This document shows, piece by piece, positions 25,565 through 38,624 of a stretch of DNA of 64,000 bases. Position 1 is the stretch's first letter. Each line of letters opens with the position of its first letter. Under the pieces are notes generated by a model that was not told the DNA's origin, made no database searches, and saw only the letters and a program-made list of their open reading frames with translations. Source of the DNA: Eledone cirrhosa. Its lineage: Eukaryota. Position numbers and translations under genes: made by a program. The stretch covers positions 25,296,001 to 25,360,000 of the forward strand of contig OZ024747.1 in the NCBI GenBank assembly GCA_964016885.1. The letters are read 5' to 3'.

Positions 25565-26938
25565 TTAGTTTCCCAGAGTTGTAGCAGTTTTTACATTGCC
25601 AGTTATTGTGGGTAGATCACACTCAGACCAGCTGGTATCTCTCTTCCACGTTTCACCCGCCTTGACAAACCTCCAGATCTGCCCATCATCACGCAGACTG
25701 AAACTTTCATCTTGTGCTGAGTTCCGATTCAAGGAGGCTGCAGCACGTAGTTTTGGACGTACATGGGGTGGTAGGCCTGGGCGTGTTCGGAAGGTAATCC
25801 GATTTTCACGCCCAGCTTTAGCAGAGGCCAGATGATATGAGGTTGCCTCTGCGGGGTCCGAGAAAGACAGCCTGATGAGTCTGGGTTTTGGACCAGGTCG
25901 ACCAAGGCGGAGGGCACCCTTTGGGGGAACACAGCCTAGGTCTTTGGCCGAGCTGGCAGCAAATGCCTGAAGATCGGCCTTGTCCTCTGGTACCCCAATG
26001 GCAATCACTTCATGGGTAGCAGATTCCGCAGTCTTTTCAGTCTTTCCAGCAAGAGGTACAGGGAGATTCTTTAGCAAGGCATTCCGATAAGACCCCTCAT
26101 TGTGGGGTCCTACCCGAATGCTTGCCTCTATTCCTGCAACTTCCCTTCTCAGAGCAGAAATCATTAGTTGCAGTTCCGCAAAATCTGTACTGGTCGGTTG
26201 TTGTTGTTGTTGTTGTTGCTGCTGCTGCTGTCGTTGTTGGTGATGATGTTCCTCCACGGGAATGGCAGGGGAGGACACAGTCGCAGGTTGTTGCTGTTGT
26301 TGTTGTTGTTGGTGATGATGATGTTCCTCCACGGGAATGGCAGGGGAGGACACAGTCGCAGGTTGTTGCTGTTGTTGTTGTTGGTGATGATGATGTTCCT
26401 CCACGGGAATGGTAGGGGAAGACACAGTCACCAGTTGTTGGTGTCGAGATGTACTGGGAGTGGAAGACATGGGTTGTTGTTGTTTCTGATGTTCTCCCAC
26501 AGGAATAACAGTAGAAGCCAGTGTCATAGGTTTTTGCCGTTGTTCAGTAACAGTGGTAGAGGAAGACACAGTCATTGGTTTTTGTTGTTGTTGTTGTTTT
26601 TCAATAACATTAATAACATTCGTGGAGGCAGGCACACAGGCCAGACACTGAAAGGACCAGGATTTTAGCTGGACCATCTCCCATATTCCATCCATCATAG
26701 CATTATGGTGTCTCTTTTTTTGGCCTGGGATCCTCCGGAAGCCTGTGGCGCATTGAAGGCAGACAGAGATGCGACAGGTTCCACATTCGACCCAGCGATT
26801 ACGGAACGAGTTTTCGGGTTCCGCACAGATATGGCAGATGTGATTTTCTGGGCAATGTTCTATCTTGGGACATCGGCCGGTTTTGTCACATATTTCATCG
26901 ATGGATATCACCATGGCAATTTTGTTATTTCTACCCAT
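25565..26938 (-). CDS. LINE ORF1: PHD-like zinc finger, polyQ/H repeats, coiled coil, RRM-like C-terminus
   Basis: First ATG at 26938 (MGRNNK). CHIC..ECGTC..CLQC..CLAC; VIAIGVPE..RLGRPGPKPRLIRLSF is typical of CR1/L2 ORF1 proteins. Confidence 0.88.
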   Translation of the reverse strand: MGRNNKIAMVISIDEICDKTGRCPKIEHCPENHICHICAEPENSFRNRWVECGTCRISVCLQCATGFRRIPGQKKRHHNAMMDGIWEMVQLKSWSFQCLACVPASTNVINVIEKQQQQQKPMTVSSSTTVTEQRQKPMTLASTVIPVGEHQKQQQPMSSTPSTSRHQQLVTVSSPTIPVEEHHHHQQQQQQQPATVSSPAIPVEEHHHHQQQQQQQQPATVSSPAIPVEEHHHQQRQQQQQQQQQQQPTSTDFAELQLMISALRREVAGIEASIRVGPHNEGSYRNALLKNLPVPLAGKTEKTAESATHEVIAIGVPEDKADLQAFAASSAKDLGCVPPKGALRLGRPGPKPRLIRLSFSDPAEATSYHLASAKAGRENRITFRTRPGLPPHVRPKLRAAASLNRNSAQDESFSLRDDGQIWRFVKAGETWKRDTSWSECDLPTITGNVKTATTLGN

Positions 26939-28730
26939 CCGTAGAAAAACACAGAATGTAAACAATATAGGTTTAGCGCACTTGATTACGATAGAAATAA
27001 AATGTCTGTTTTTTTGTGTATTTTGTTTCCGTTTTCCTAAATGTTGTGTGTGTACAGAAGAGTCTGAATTACATTACATGTAAACAAATAAATATGCTGC
27101 GTAAGTTAAATGAAACGTACTGTAGAAGGCAGTTGTTTATTAACAGCGAAATAAGGTTTTTTTTTTGTTTTAAACTAAATCTATTCAAGCAGGGCTACAG
27201 CTTGGCTGCAGTCTTATGACTTAACCCTTTAGCACTTAATTAAACCAGCTATATCTAGCCAGAGTTCTCTCATACTAATTTTAAGGTATTGTTCTCAAAA
27301 TAAATAACATCAAAATGCCTACATATTAGATATGTGTATATATTTATACAGCGATTGCTAGCACACTTCTTAACATATATATACGTGTGTGTGCATGCAC
27401 ATGTGTGCCCAAGTCTATATTTATGTCAGTGTCTGTGTTTATATCCCATAATAGAATAAATAGTTAATTAGAAGTCTGTTAGCTGTGAGATGGTGGTAGT
27501 TGTAGAAGACTAGGGTTTCAACCAGGGGAGAATATACTGACTAGGTCCAACAGATAAGATGATACACTATCAACATAGATGAAAAGATCAGTAGTAAAAC
27601 AGAATTAACAATTCCATACCAACAGTACCAAAAAATATTTGGTAAAATAATGATACATGATATCTACACATGAATATTTAAGAGAGAGGAGAGAGATTGT
27701 ATTCCTTACATGGGTTCATAGATGTACAACTACACCTTTGTAAGTAGTAATTTAGCTTGACTTTTAACAACATTAAATATACAAGTTATTCTTGAAAAGT
27801 ACAAAACAGCACTACGACTGCATTACAATAAAAATTCAAGTCTTTCTTCTAATACTGCAAATTTTCAGTGATCTGTCCACCAGTAAAGATATTCTAAACA
27901 TTTGAATTAACAAACCACATTAGCAAGACATTCTTGAAAAGTATAAAACAGTACCATGACTGCATCACATTAAAAATTTACTGAAAAATTTCACACTAAT
28001 CTGTCCACTAGTAAAGATGATATAGACATTTGAATTAATAAATCACATGAAACCACATTAGTAAGACATTCTTAGAAAAATTTAAAACAGCACTATGGTA
28101 GTACATCATATTAAAACTCAAAGTTTACTGCAAATTTTTACAATGATCTGTCTACTTGTAAAGATACTGTAAAGATTTCAAACAACAAACCTATTTTTAT
28201 ATATTTGCGGCTGAATCACTACAGAATGTTAAGAGTTAATGCAGTAAGATTATAACAAAATATGAAAAGGAAACCTATCAAAATAACAACTGAAAGAGAA
28301 TTTTCTTTCTAGAAATTAAAAAAGGATATAGTTTTTATCCCTTTCATTACCGTATTTCTAATGATTTCTAAATATTTTCAAATACTTTAAAAAAATAAAT
28401 CAAGAATTTAGTGGAATTTGGTAATATAACTAACTTTTTCATTATTAAGCTGGTATTTGGAGTACAACTTCACAAAGGTTCTTGCATAGAATTATAATGA
28501 AAGGTTTTAAATAAACACTTTCACTCTTAACATCTGGTAATGATTTAACAGAAAATAACTAGAAACATGTTCATTAATTTAAATGTGTATAGTATCTTTA
28601 CTAGTGAACAGATCATTGTGAAAATTTACAGCATTAAAGTAAAGACACCAATTTTTTCATATGAAACAGTTATAGTGCGATTTCGTACTTTTCAAGATTG
28701 GCTTGCTAATGTATTTTCATAGAACATTAA

Positions 28731-28938
28731 CCCTCTAGCATTTACATAACTCTATATATACTATTGTATTATTGTGGTAAAGTCTTTATCTCACATAATA
28801 TCGAATCTATGAGATTTTGATATTATCTATTTTGAGAACAAAACCTTAATATCAGTATGAGAGGCTAGTTACGGCTGGTTTGAACAGAAAGAGGGGAGAG
28901 AATTCTGGTTGGATACATCCAGTTTAAATGCTAAAGGG
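28731..28938. mobile_element. piggyBac-like MITE, family A
   Basis: ttaa|ccctctagcattta ... taaatgctaaaggg|ttaa. Confidence 0.85.
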
Positions 28939-29158
28939 TTAAGAGTTAACATAAAGGGCTTAATATTATTGAAATGGGGGGGGGGGGGGGGGCATTTCAG
29001 GCAGTTTGGTATCAAAAGGGCATTGGATCCTATTTAAATTCATACACACCTATACAGAACTAAGTGTAACTGAATCTAAACTAGACAGGTTTGTATGAAA
29101 CAAGAGACTAGAACCAGTTTCAGGTTGAAATTAATTTATTAAGTTTATCTGATCTCAC

Positions 29159-29354
29159 CTGTAAATATTCTGGAATAAAATTCCAACACACACCCTTTCT
29201 TGCATCCTTAATCCAGTTACTAGGGCTGTTGCTGCTTTGAGAAGAAGAGCCAAAGGTGTTACTCTTCCCCATCAGTCTTAACATTAGGATCTTTTGCCCC
29301 TTTCTCACACAAACTTGAATAGAAGTGCTCTGTTTCATTTGAAGTATTATAATT
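29159..29354 (-). CDS. candidate FERM-PDZ linker exon of the PTPN3/4-like gene (frame uncertain)
   Basis: ctgcag acceptor and cag|gtgaga donor bound 196 nt of non-repetitive sequence. One frame is open to ...SSSQSSNSPSNWIKDARKGVCWNFIPEYLQ and ends in phase 0, matching exon 19508. No homology recognised. Confidence 0.4.
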
Positions 29355-30499
29355 CTGCAGCAACAGTAATAACATAAGTAGTAGTAATCTGTGACAATAG
29401 TAGTAGTAGTAATAGAAGTATTCATGTGATAGAGGTGGTAGTAGTAGTAATAGTAGTTTATATTTTAACATCGTCTTTAGTCACCCTTTTAATATACAAA
29501 TTTTATTCCCAAACCTGTCACAATAAAACATGGTTTTTTTTCACACACTCCCCCTCTCACACTCTCCAGATATTCTATCCAAGACTTTCTCCCACCTCTC
29601 TCTAGTTCTTCTACTTTTCTCAACTCTCTCACACTGCTCTCTTTAGGTATTCTGTCCTCAAATACCTCTCACTCCTCAATCTTCTATCTTCAACTCCTTT
29701 TCTCCCTTTCTCGCTACATCTTTATCTTCAATTCTCTCTCTCTAGATCTACTACTCTCAACTCCTCCTCCTATCCATGTTTGTCTTAACTTCTATTGCCC
29801 CATCTCTTTCTCTCTCACTAGTCTATCCTAGAAAATATCTCAAGTGTAGTTTTTAAATGAACTAAACACTTTAGTTTAGTAATATCTATGCAACAGGAAA
29901 ATCGAAGCAAAACACAACATACTTTATCACAAGGAAGCACAAGCCCAAGGCATTAGCTGCTGATAATGTCCAGCTTGAAATATGTAGACAGACTATAATC
30001 AAAACAGAATTATATTAAGGAAGTTTCTGTATGAGTTTGTATCATAACTACACAGACTGCCAACATCACTAACACAATGATAGAAGCCTGTAGAATGCTC
30101 TCTGACATGGAGAACACTACGTGCATGTACCCTCATGATTCCAGAAGAAAGAATAGAGAAAGCATTACCCCGAAAGATAGCAAAGGAGAAGTGTTAAAAT
30201 AGCTATTCCAATTTGAGGGGCTCACTCCTACAGGAGGCCAACTTTGTTCTGATAGTAGCAAGTAAGGAGGTGGGGGTGCAGGGGTGACCAATAATGCTAG
30301 AAGTCTCCACTCCTACTGGTTTAATGACAAACCTATCAGAAAGCAGCTGAGATTCAACTTGCAAACTTCAGCTTGTTGGACAATGGAGCTTGGGTATGTC
30401 AGTGAATTCACCAGGTTACTGCCGGAAAAATGTCACTGTATGACATGTCCCATGAGAAGGGTTGACCACTGCAGAATGAATATTGCTGCCCACTATAAT

Positions 30500-30686
30500 A
30501 ATTGTTTCTACTTTTGGCACAAGGCCAGCAATTACCCAGTACAGTACATTACTGGTACTTTATTTTATCGATCCCGTAAGGATGAAAGGCAAAGTTGACC
30601 TCGGCGGGATTTGAACTCAGAATGGAAAGGGCCGTAACTCTATGCATCAAAGCATGACGTCCAACTCTCTACTGCCAATCCACCGC
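30500..30686 (-). mobile_element. tRNA-derived SINE (MetaSINE-like core) with target-site duplication
   Basis: A-box-like ggcggtggattggcag, B-box gagttcaaatcc, core gaggtcaactttgcctttcatccttacgggatcgataaaataaagtacc. Flanked by the direct repeat gctgc(c/a)cactataataat. Confidence 0.85.
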
Positions 30687-32899
30687 TGCACACTATAATA
30701 ATGATGTTTCAGTCAACATAAATAGAGCTTCTAGGATCATTCTAGTGATCCACAAGGATTTTCTTTAGACTATCATGGTATGGTCACTTAACTCTTTGAT
30801 ATCTGAATAAAACCATCTCTGATTCTATGAAACAAAACAACCCATTTTAAAGAGTTCCAATCTAAATTAAAATCATCAGACATAATTTTATATAATAATC
30901 ATATTTTAAGTTACTATCTTAGTAATGGAATAATCAATAGGTTTAATAAATCCCACACAATTCTTTATCAATTAATTGAAGTAGATTGTATGTCTAATTT
31001 AATTAGACATACAATCAAGACAGTGTTAATTAGTAGTTAGAAGATTTTAATTCAAATAGGAATCTATTAAAATGGTTTGTTTTGTTTAATAGAACCAGAG
31101 TTGATTTTAAATGTGTTGGTATCAAAATGTTATAATTCTAATGAAAGACACTACCTATGATTTTCAAATAATTTTCCAAATGACTTTCAAGAATTTGGAC
31201 GGATTTAGTAATATAACTTTCTCATTATTAAGCTTGTGTTTGGAACATAACACATGTTCTTAAATACAATTATGATAGAAGGCTTACAGATAAATATAAA
31301 CACTTTAAAATAAACATTTTGGTATTGTAGAACCTGGTGCAGTTTCAGGTGGGTCAGTATCAACAAGTTTTCTAAGCCTTTTGTTATCATATTCCTCATG
31401 AAAAATGCTTCCTATGATTTTCATATAATTTTGGAAGTATTCAAGAATTTTGAGGTACTTAGGAATATAACTTTCTCTTTATTTAACTGGTGTTTGATGT
31501 ATAACTTAAAGTTTTTTTACATAGAATTATGATGGAAAGTTTTTAGATAAAGACTTTAGAATAAAGTTTTGTATTGTAGAATCAAGAGTAGTTTCAAGTA
31601 GGTTGGTATCAAAAGGGTTAAATTGTTAACATATTTACTTTTTATATCTTGTAATGATTTAACAGAAAATATCTAAAACAGGTTTGTTAATTCAAATATT
31701 ATAGTATCTTTACAAGAGATCATTGTTAAAAATTTGCAGTATTAAGAAACAAAACTCCATTTTTGAATGTAACACAATTATAATGCTGTTTTGGTTTTCC
31801 AAGAATGTTTTTTTTAAATTGTGGTTTTATGTAGTACATCATCATCATCATCGATTAACGTCTATCTTGCACGCTAGCATGGGTTAGACGGGTTTGTCCC
31901 ATTTAGAGGCAAGTTAAGTCGGGTGACCATGTTTCATTTTTATAGGAGAGTTTCTGGCTGGTTTTCTACAGCTGGATGCCCTTCCTAACGCCAACCACAT
32001 TGACAGTGTGTGCTGGGTGCTTTTTGCCGTGTCTTTTACATGTCTACTTTACAGTGTGGGCTGGATGTTAGAATTACTGTGTCCTGCTGAATCACGATGA
32101 GAACTACGTCTGTACAATGTTCCGCCATTTGTACATTAATTTCACAAGCAGGCTGTTTCCTTGTTAGAACAAATGGAATAGCCATTGTCAGAAATGACAG
32201 AAGCCTAACACACACAACACTACTTCTGTGATAAGTCATAGTGTAAAAAAATGATGATGATGATGTTGGGGAGTGGTGACAGAACTCACTACCTTTAACA
32301 TTTTATATATTTCTTCCCTGGTCAATGCCTCACTTTCCACTAAGACAGCTGCCACCCACCTACCTCAACTACCACCACCACTGCTATTGCCTGGTCTACC
32401 CCCTCTATCACCTATACTCCCACCATCCTCACTATTACCTGGTTCATCCCTCTCCTCTACCCCCCCCCCCCCAGCTATTAACTAGTCTATCCTTCCGCCC
32501 CTACTATTACCTGGCCTACACCTTATATTTAACCTAGTAGGTGCAACAAAGATAATAAAAGCCACCAATGAAGAAAATAACTGAGGAATTCCAAAGCTGC
32601 TATCAATTTCCATACAATTGATACACTTAAACAAAATTTTAATTTGAATTAGGGTGTGAAGGGCCACACCATGTGTGTGTGTCTGAACATGAGCACAAGA
32701 GTGTGTGTGTGTCATAAATGAAGTAATATAATCGAGATGTATGTGGCAATGCTGGTGGGTTGGGCTGGGATCAGTTTCAATAGACCTATAGCATGTAGTA
32801 TCAGTATATAGATAAGCTGAGTTTACTAATGCCATAAATGGAGAAATATTGACGTCACTGCAATCTTAACAACACCTAATCATAGTGGGGGCTGAGACA

Positions 32900-33362
32900 A
32901 CAGTCAGAGTACAGCAGGACAGTAGTATCTACCCAGGACAAATCACTAGAGTACAGTAGTATTTACCCATGACAATAGTCACCAGAGTACAGTTGTATCT
33001 ACCTAGGACAACATTCACCAGAGTACAGCTATATCTACCTAGGACAACATTCACCAGAGTGCAGCTATATCTACCTAGGACAACATTCACCAGAGTACAG
33101 CTGTATCTACCTAGGATAATAGTCATTAGAGTACAGCAGTATCTGCCCAGGACAATAGTCACTAGAGTACAACAGTGTCTACTCAGGACAATGGTCACTA
33201 GAGTACAACAGTGTCTACTCAGGACAATGGTCACTAGAGTACAACAGTGTCTATTCAGGACAATGGTCACTAGAGTACAACAGTGTCTACTCAGGACAAT
33301 GGTCACTAGAGTACAAAGTATCAACAACAGTCATTAGAGTAAAACAGAATCTATTCAGGACA
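32900..33362. repeat. 36-bp minisatellite, about 12 copies
   Basis: aggacaatggtcactagagtacaacagtgtctactc repeated; gives 12-aa periodic ORFs on both strands. Confidence 0.92.
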
Positions 33363-35776
33363 TTTTCACAAGTTAGATATTTTCAATGTATGGCGGTATC
33401 CGTTCAGTAGTCAGACTAAATGGTCACCTATAAGAACTTTGTTGAATCACTTGCTTCGTCAAGCATGTCTGTATGTATGGACCTGTAACTCCTGTAGGAG
33501 TTCCATAATGTCCTACAGCATGTCTTGGTGGAGTCCATCCCTCTACAGGTGTGAACACAGCTGCTTTCATCCAAAGAAGGAGAGAGAGAGAGAGAGTAAT
33601 AGAAAGGAAGTGAGAATGAGATATAAAGGAAGAATTGTTCCAAGTACCGGAACGGTATTTTCTTTTTTATTAATCTTGAAAAAGGATGAAAGGCAAAGTT
33701 GACCACAACAGGATTTGAACTCAGAGCAGAGAGCATAGCATTCTATACAATGTTCTAACAACTCTACCAATTTGCTGCCTTCCATGTCTCTATGTATTGA
33801 CTCTCAAGTGACAGAAACAGGAGGTGTTGAGGGCCATCTTATTGAAAAAGAGACATGGGAGAGCCATGTTGGAGTGTGTAGACAACATCACTAGAACAGT
33901 GTCACAGACCACAGGTGGAGGAGATCAACACTATTCCAAAGTAACATGAAGCAATAAGAACAAGTCAGTGGGCTTGCAGCTGAACATCTGGAAAGGCAAG
34001 TCCATGTTACTGGCCAGTGTTGTGGGGCACTGGATTGGTTTAGTTGTTTGGGATATCTTTCAGTTTTGATCACCAAGTGGGAAGGGATTGGGTTAAGATT
34101 ATAAGCAATATGGCTGGCTTCACCTAAATGTGGTCTGAGAAGAAACTATCCCTGATAGGTTTGGCAGAGGTAACATATATTACCCCCATTGTGCCTTTCC
34201 TCAGGTATGGCTGTCTTTTATCAAGCGCATTCCCCAAAACCTAATTGCTTTGACAGAGCTGCAGTTGTGAATCAAGCAAAGACCAAAGCACATAGCATGT
34301 ATTTAAAATCATTACTGTTACCCATTTCATTATAACCTCCTCGTCTACTTGAACATCCTCAAGACTAATGACAAGATTAAGATGATGTCAGATTTATACA
34401 CATACACAAAACAGTAGACACTAACTAACTAAACTAACAAATGTTTTAAGGTTATTTTTCCTTACTAAAGTTGGGGTCACCCTTGCAGGCCCCACAAAGT
34501 CCTTCCGGATGTCCTTCCTAGCACCAAACTTTTTAGTTGCCCCTCACAACATGCAGGAATATGCAAAAAGGTAAAAATATCAGTTCTAATACACTTAAAT
34601 AAACTATAATATTTTCAACCCATAGATTTGTAATTGAGAAATATATGCCATTGGCTAGGTTGCTAGCCTATTGCAGAATAACATGACCCAGCTGTCCAAA
34701 TTCAACTCACTAGATAGATTGTGATGTGGTAAAAAAAAGCCATGTCCTCAATAGGATGCCAGCTTCTTAGAGAACAATTGAAACATCCTGTCTGGCTAAT
34801 GCCCTCAATAAAACCACTCCAGCTCCATTGAACACAGCCTAGAAATAAGTGACAAATATAGCAGCAGAAATTAGAACATTGATGTAGGTAGGTTTCAATT
34901 TTCTTTTTCTGGTTGGATCTAATGCATAAATGTTAGGTGTGTTTGGGTGAGAGAGAGAGAGTGTTTGTGCACGCACACACACACACACACCATATGTTCA
35001 ATAAGTTAAAACACAATTCAATCTTTCCTTACTATATTTCTAATGAAAGACAATGTTGACAAATTTTGAAAATAGTCAAGAATTTGAAGGGATTTAGTAA
35101 TATAACTAACTTATTTATCTGGAATTTGGAACATAAAATTATGATGGAAGTTTTCTGTTTGTTTTGTATGTATGGGGGAGTCATAGAGGTGTCATCTTGA
35201 CAGACAGTGTTTCTAGGGCATTTTAAAACCTGGTGGAGCCCATCTCCTCTCCATGTTTCTTCCAAGATTTCTTCCAACAGATTTCTTCCAAGAATGGATA
35301 GAGTGAGAGAAAGGAAGTGAGAAAGAGATATAGAGGAAGAATTGATACCAGTACTAGACTGGTATTTTTTTTATCAACCTTAAATGGATGAAAGGCAAAG
35401 TTAACCATGGCATTAGTTCTACAGTTAAATGACCTTCCAAACACTATCCACAGACCATACTAGATGTATTTTATTGTTTGACCAAGACTAATGACGTTGT
35501 TATGTGCTTGACGTGACTGAACTTTTTCTGGCATGGTTTTTATGGCTAGATGTCCTTCCTATTGCTATTTTATATATAACTGATAAATTACAAGATATAT
35601 ATAAAGAAATGTTTCATTTTAAAGCTAAATTTCTAATTTTGAAATTTTTTTTAAAGACTGAAATAATCACATCAAAGTAAAGAAAGTAAAAAATAACAAA
35701 AGAAACCAAAATAAAATATATAAGTAAACAAACAATTGGTTGTTAACAACTAGAAAAGAAAATTAGCATAAATTAA

Positions 35777-35997
35777 CCCTTTAGCATTAAAATCCGGCCA
35801 TGTCTGGCCAGAATTCTCTCACCTCTTCCCATTGAAACCAGCCATAACTGGCCACTCATACTTATGTTAAGGTATTGTTCTCAAAATGAATAATATCAAA
35901 ATCTCAGATTTGATATTATGTGAGATAATTATGTGAGATAAAAGTCTTTACAGTGAAAATATAATAGTAAATATAGAGTAAAGTAAATGTTAAAGGG
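35777..35997. mobile_element. piggyBac-like MITE, family A
   Basis: ttaa|ccctttagcatta ... taaatgttaaaggg|ttaa. Confidence 0.85.
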
Positions 35998-36099
35998 TTA
36001 AGCATAGGTTTTTTGTTTGTTTGTTAACATGTGTTTTGTTTTTAGTGTGTTTATTATATAAATAAAACTATAAAATAAATTTAGAATGCATGTATAAAA

Positions 36100-36730
36100 T
36101 AACAGTTTCTAATTTAGGCACAATGCCAGCAATTTTGGGGTTGAGGTGGGTGGGACTGATTAAATTGTCTCCATTACTTGACTGGTACTTTATTTTAAAT
36201 TGATTCCAGAAAGATGAAAGTCAAAGCTGAGCTTGGTGGAATTTGAGACAAGAACATAAAGGACAGTGGATAAAATACCACAAAGTATTTTACTCCCTGT
36301 TCTAACAATTCTCTCAATCCACCACTCAATGTATGAAATAACAATTCTTTCTAACATTAGCACAAGGTCAGCAATTTGGGAGAGAGGAATGTTGATTAAA
36401 TTGACCCCAGTATTTGACTGGTATTTTATTTTTATCAATCCTACAGGATGAATGACCAGGTCAAGTCAAGCCAACATCAGTAGGATCTAAACTCAGAACA
36501 TACAGTAATATAACTAAAATAGTGGTTTTTTATTTAGGCACAAGGCCAGCAATTTTGGGAGAAGGGAAAGTCGATTAAATCGACCCAGTGCGTCACTGGT
36601 ACTTTATTTTATCGACCCCCGTAAGGATGAAAGGCAAAGTTAACCTCGGTGGGATTTGAACTCAGATCATAAAGGGTCATATCTCAATGTTACAAAGCAT
36701 GGCGTCTGACCTTCTACCGATACTGCCATA
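36100..36730 (-). mobile_element. cluster of three MetaSINE-like SINEs
   Basis: Three successive ggcacaaggccagcaatttt ... gatgaaaggcaaagtt ... atttgaactcaga units. Confidence 0.8.
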
Positions 36731-37499
36731 GATTTTTAGTCTGGCACTTAATAATTTTTCTCTGCTAAAGCAGGGGATAGTCTTGCAAGCCCCACGAGAG
36801 GGTCCCCTTTGAGACAATTTTTAACAGCCAGATGCCCTTCCTGGCAACAAACCCTCTAACCACCTCTTATGGGGTTAGCCAGACTGGCCCCATGATAAGA
36901 CTTCACTCATCATAGGTTTTTTTTTTTTGCGGCAATGCTTTAATCACCTCTTACAAGGTTAGCCTTGTGGCCTCATGATGAACTTCTCACTCAGCACAGG
37001 GTCCTCCTTTTTTGGAGGTAATGTTTTACAACTGTATGTTCTTCCTGTCAAGAACCCTCTTTAACTCCCTCTTACAACAAACAAAAAGTAAAAGAGCAGC
37101 AAAAGGAAGAGGTTGTATAATGGAAAGAAAAAAAATGAAAAGAAAACAAACAAAGAGAATCAAAGAATCAAAAGAAGTTTCAAAGAATTTTCCAAAACAT
37201 GAAAAAAACAAAAAAAAACAACAAAAAAAAATATACAAGAATAAATATTTATATAAAAAAAGAAACAACCGGAAAATGAGTTCAATTCCATCACGATGCA
37301 GTCAAGTCAAAGAATAACGGAACATTCAAATGAAAGATGCTGAAAACTGTGCAGCAACTTTTGGAAGCAACTCATGTCAAATATTTCATTCTCAAGCAAA
37401 AGAATGCAAAGCATTTTTGTTGTTGTTTGTTGAAACTAGACATCATAGAAAAGAGCATTGTAGAGAATATTTCACAGTTATTATTACTATTATTATTAT

Positions 37500-38290
37500 A
37501 AGAGGGCGGTGGATTGGAGAGGGCAGTGGATTGGAGAGGGCGGTGGATTGGAGAGGGCGGTGGATTGGAGAGGGTGGTGGATTGGAGAGGGCGGTGGATT
37601 GGAGAGGGTGGTGCATTGGAGAGGGTGGTGCATTGGAGAGGGTGGTGGATTGGCAGTATCAGTAGAGCATCAGACACCATGCTTTGCAGCATAGAGTTAT
37701 GGCGCTTTACGTTCTGAGTTCAAATCCCGCTGAGGTTAGCTTTGCTGTGCAACCTGACGGGGGTCGATAAAATAAAGCACCAGTAATGCACCGGGGTCTA
37801 TTTAATCGATTTTCCCCTCCTCTAAAATTGTTGCCCATGTGCCTATATCAGAAACCATTATTATTGTCGATAAAATAAAGTGCCAGTAATGCACTGGGTA
37901 ATTGCTGGCCTTGTGCCAAAAGAAGAAATTATTATTATTGATGATGGAGTTAACATTGGGTCAATAAGCAGTACCAGTCACAAACAAGAGCTAATATAAT
38001 TGACTCCCCACCCCCAGTCCCCAAAACTGGCCTTGTGCCTAAATTAGAAACCATTATAAATGATGAAAGACATTGGATTGGCAGCATTGGTAGAGCATCA
38101 GACAACATGGTTTGTGACATATAGTTACAGCACTTTATGTTGAGTTCAAATCTTGTTGAGGTTAGCTTTGCCTTTCACCCTTCCTGGGTCAATAAAATAA
38201 TGTACCTGTAAAGAACAGGGGCCAATATAACTGGCTTTTCTCAACACTCCCAAATTGCTGGCCTTGTGCAAAAATTAGAAATCATTATTA
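37500..38290 (+). mobile_element. cluster of MetaSINE-like SINEs
   Basis: Two heads (ggattggcag..gagttcaaatc) and several ggccttgtgcc..agaaac tails. Confidence 0.8.
37502..37652. repeat. 17-bp G-rich tandem repeat, about 9 copies
   Basis: gagggcggtggattgga repeated at the head of a SINE. Confidence 0.9.
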
Positions 38291-38624
38291 TTAATAATAC
38301 TATTGATGACATATCAAACAGGCTCGATCACCTTCAATCTCTGGATTAGAGCCATAGTATTGTTTATCATTTATTTAGAATATTGAATTTCTGGCTATTC
38401 ATTAAACAAGCAGATTTATGGGACAGTGCCACAGTGGATAACAATTAAATTTTAATCTTCACCACTAAGAACATACTAAAGCAGACACAGCTGATGAGAG
38501 AGTGTGTGTGTGTGTGTGGAAAAGTAGTTATTCAACTCTACACTATATTAACTCTTAATGCTGTGTATCACATGAAACTGCATTAGCAAGACATCCAAGC
38601 AGCACTATAACTGCATCATATTAA

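Larger units (their letters stand above)
22586..27215 (-). mobile_element. apparently full-length CR1/L2-group non-LTR retrotransposon
   Basis: Two intact ORFs, a short 3'UTR ending in an (ATTGTT/ATT)n tail at about 22586-22610, and GC content above the flanks. 5' boundary approximate; no TSD seen. Confidence 0.92.

Noticed and set aside
29255-29265. Stop codon rescued by A-to-I editing in the NYNTSNE frame
   Set aside because: A second in-frame stop (TAG) follows 13 codons later, so read-through would not restore the frame.
32929-33337. Periodic 122-132 aa ORFs on both strands
   Set aside because: By-product of a 36-bp minisatellite; no splice or domain evidence.
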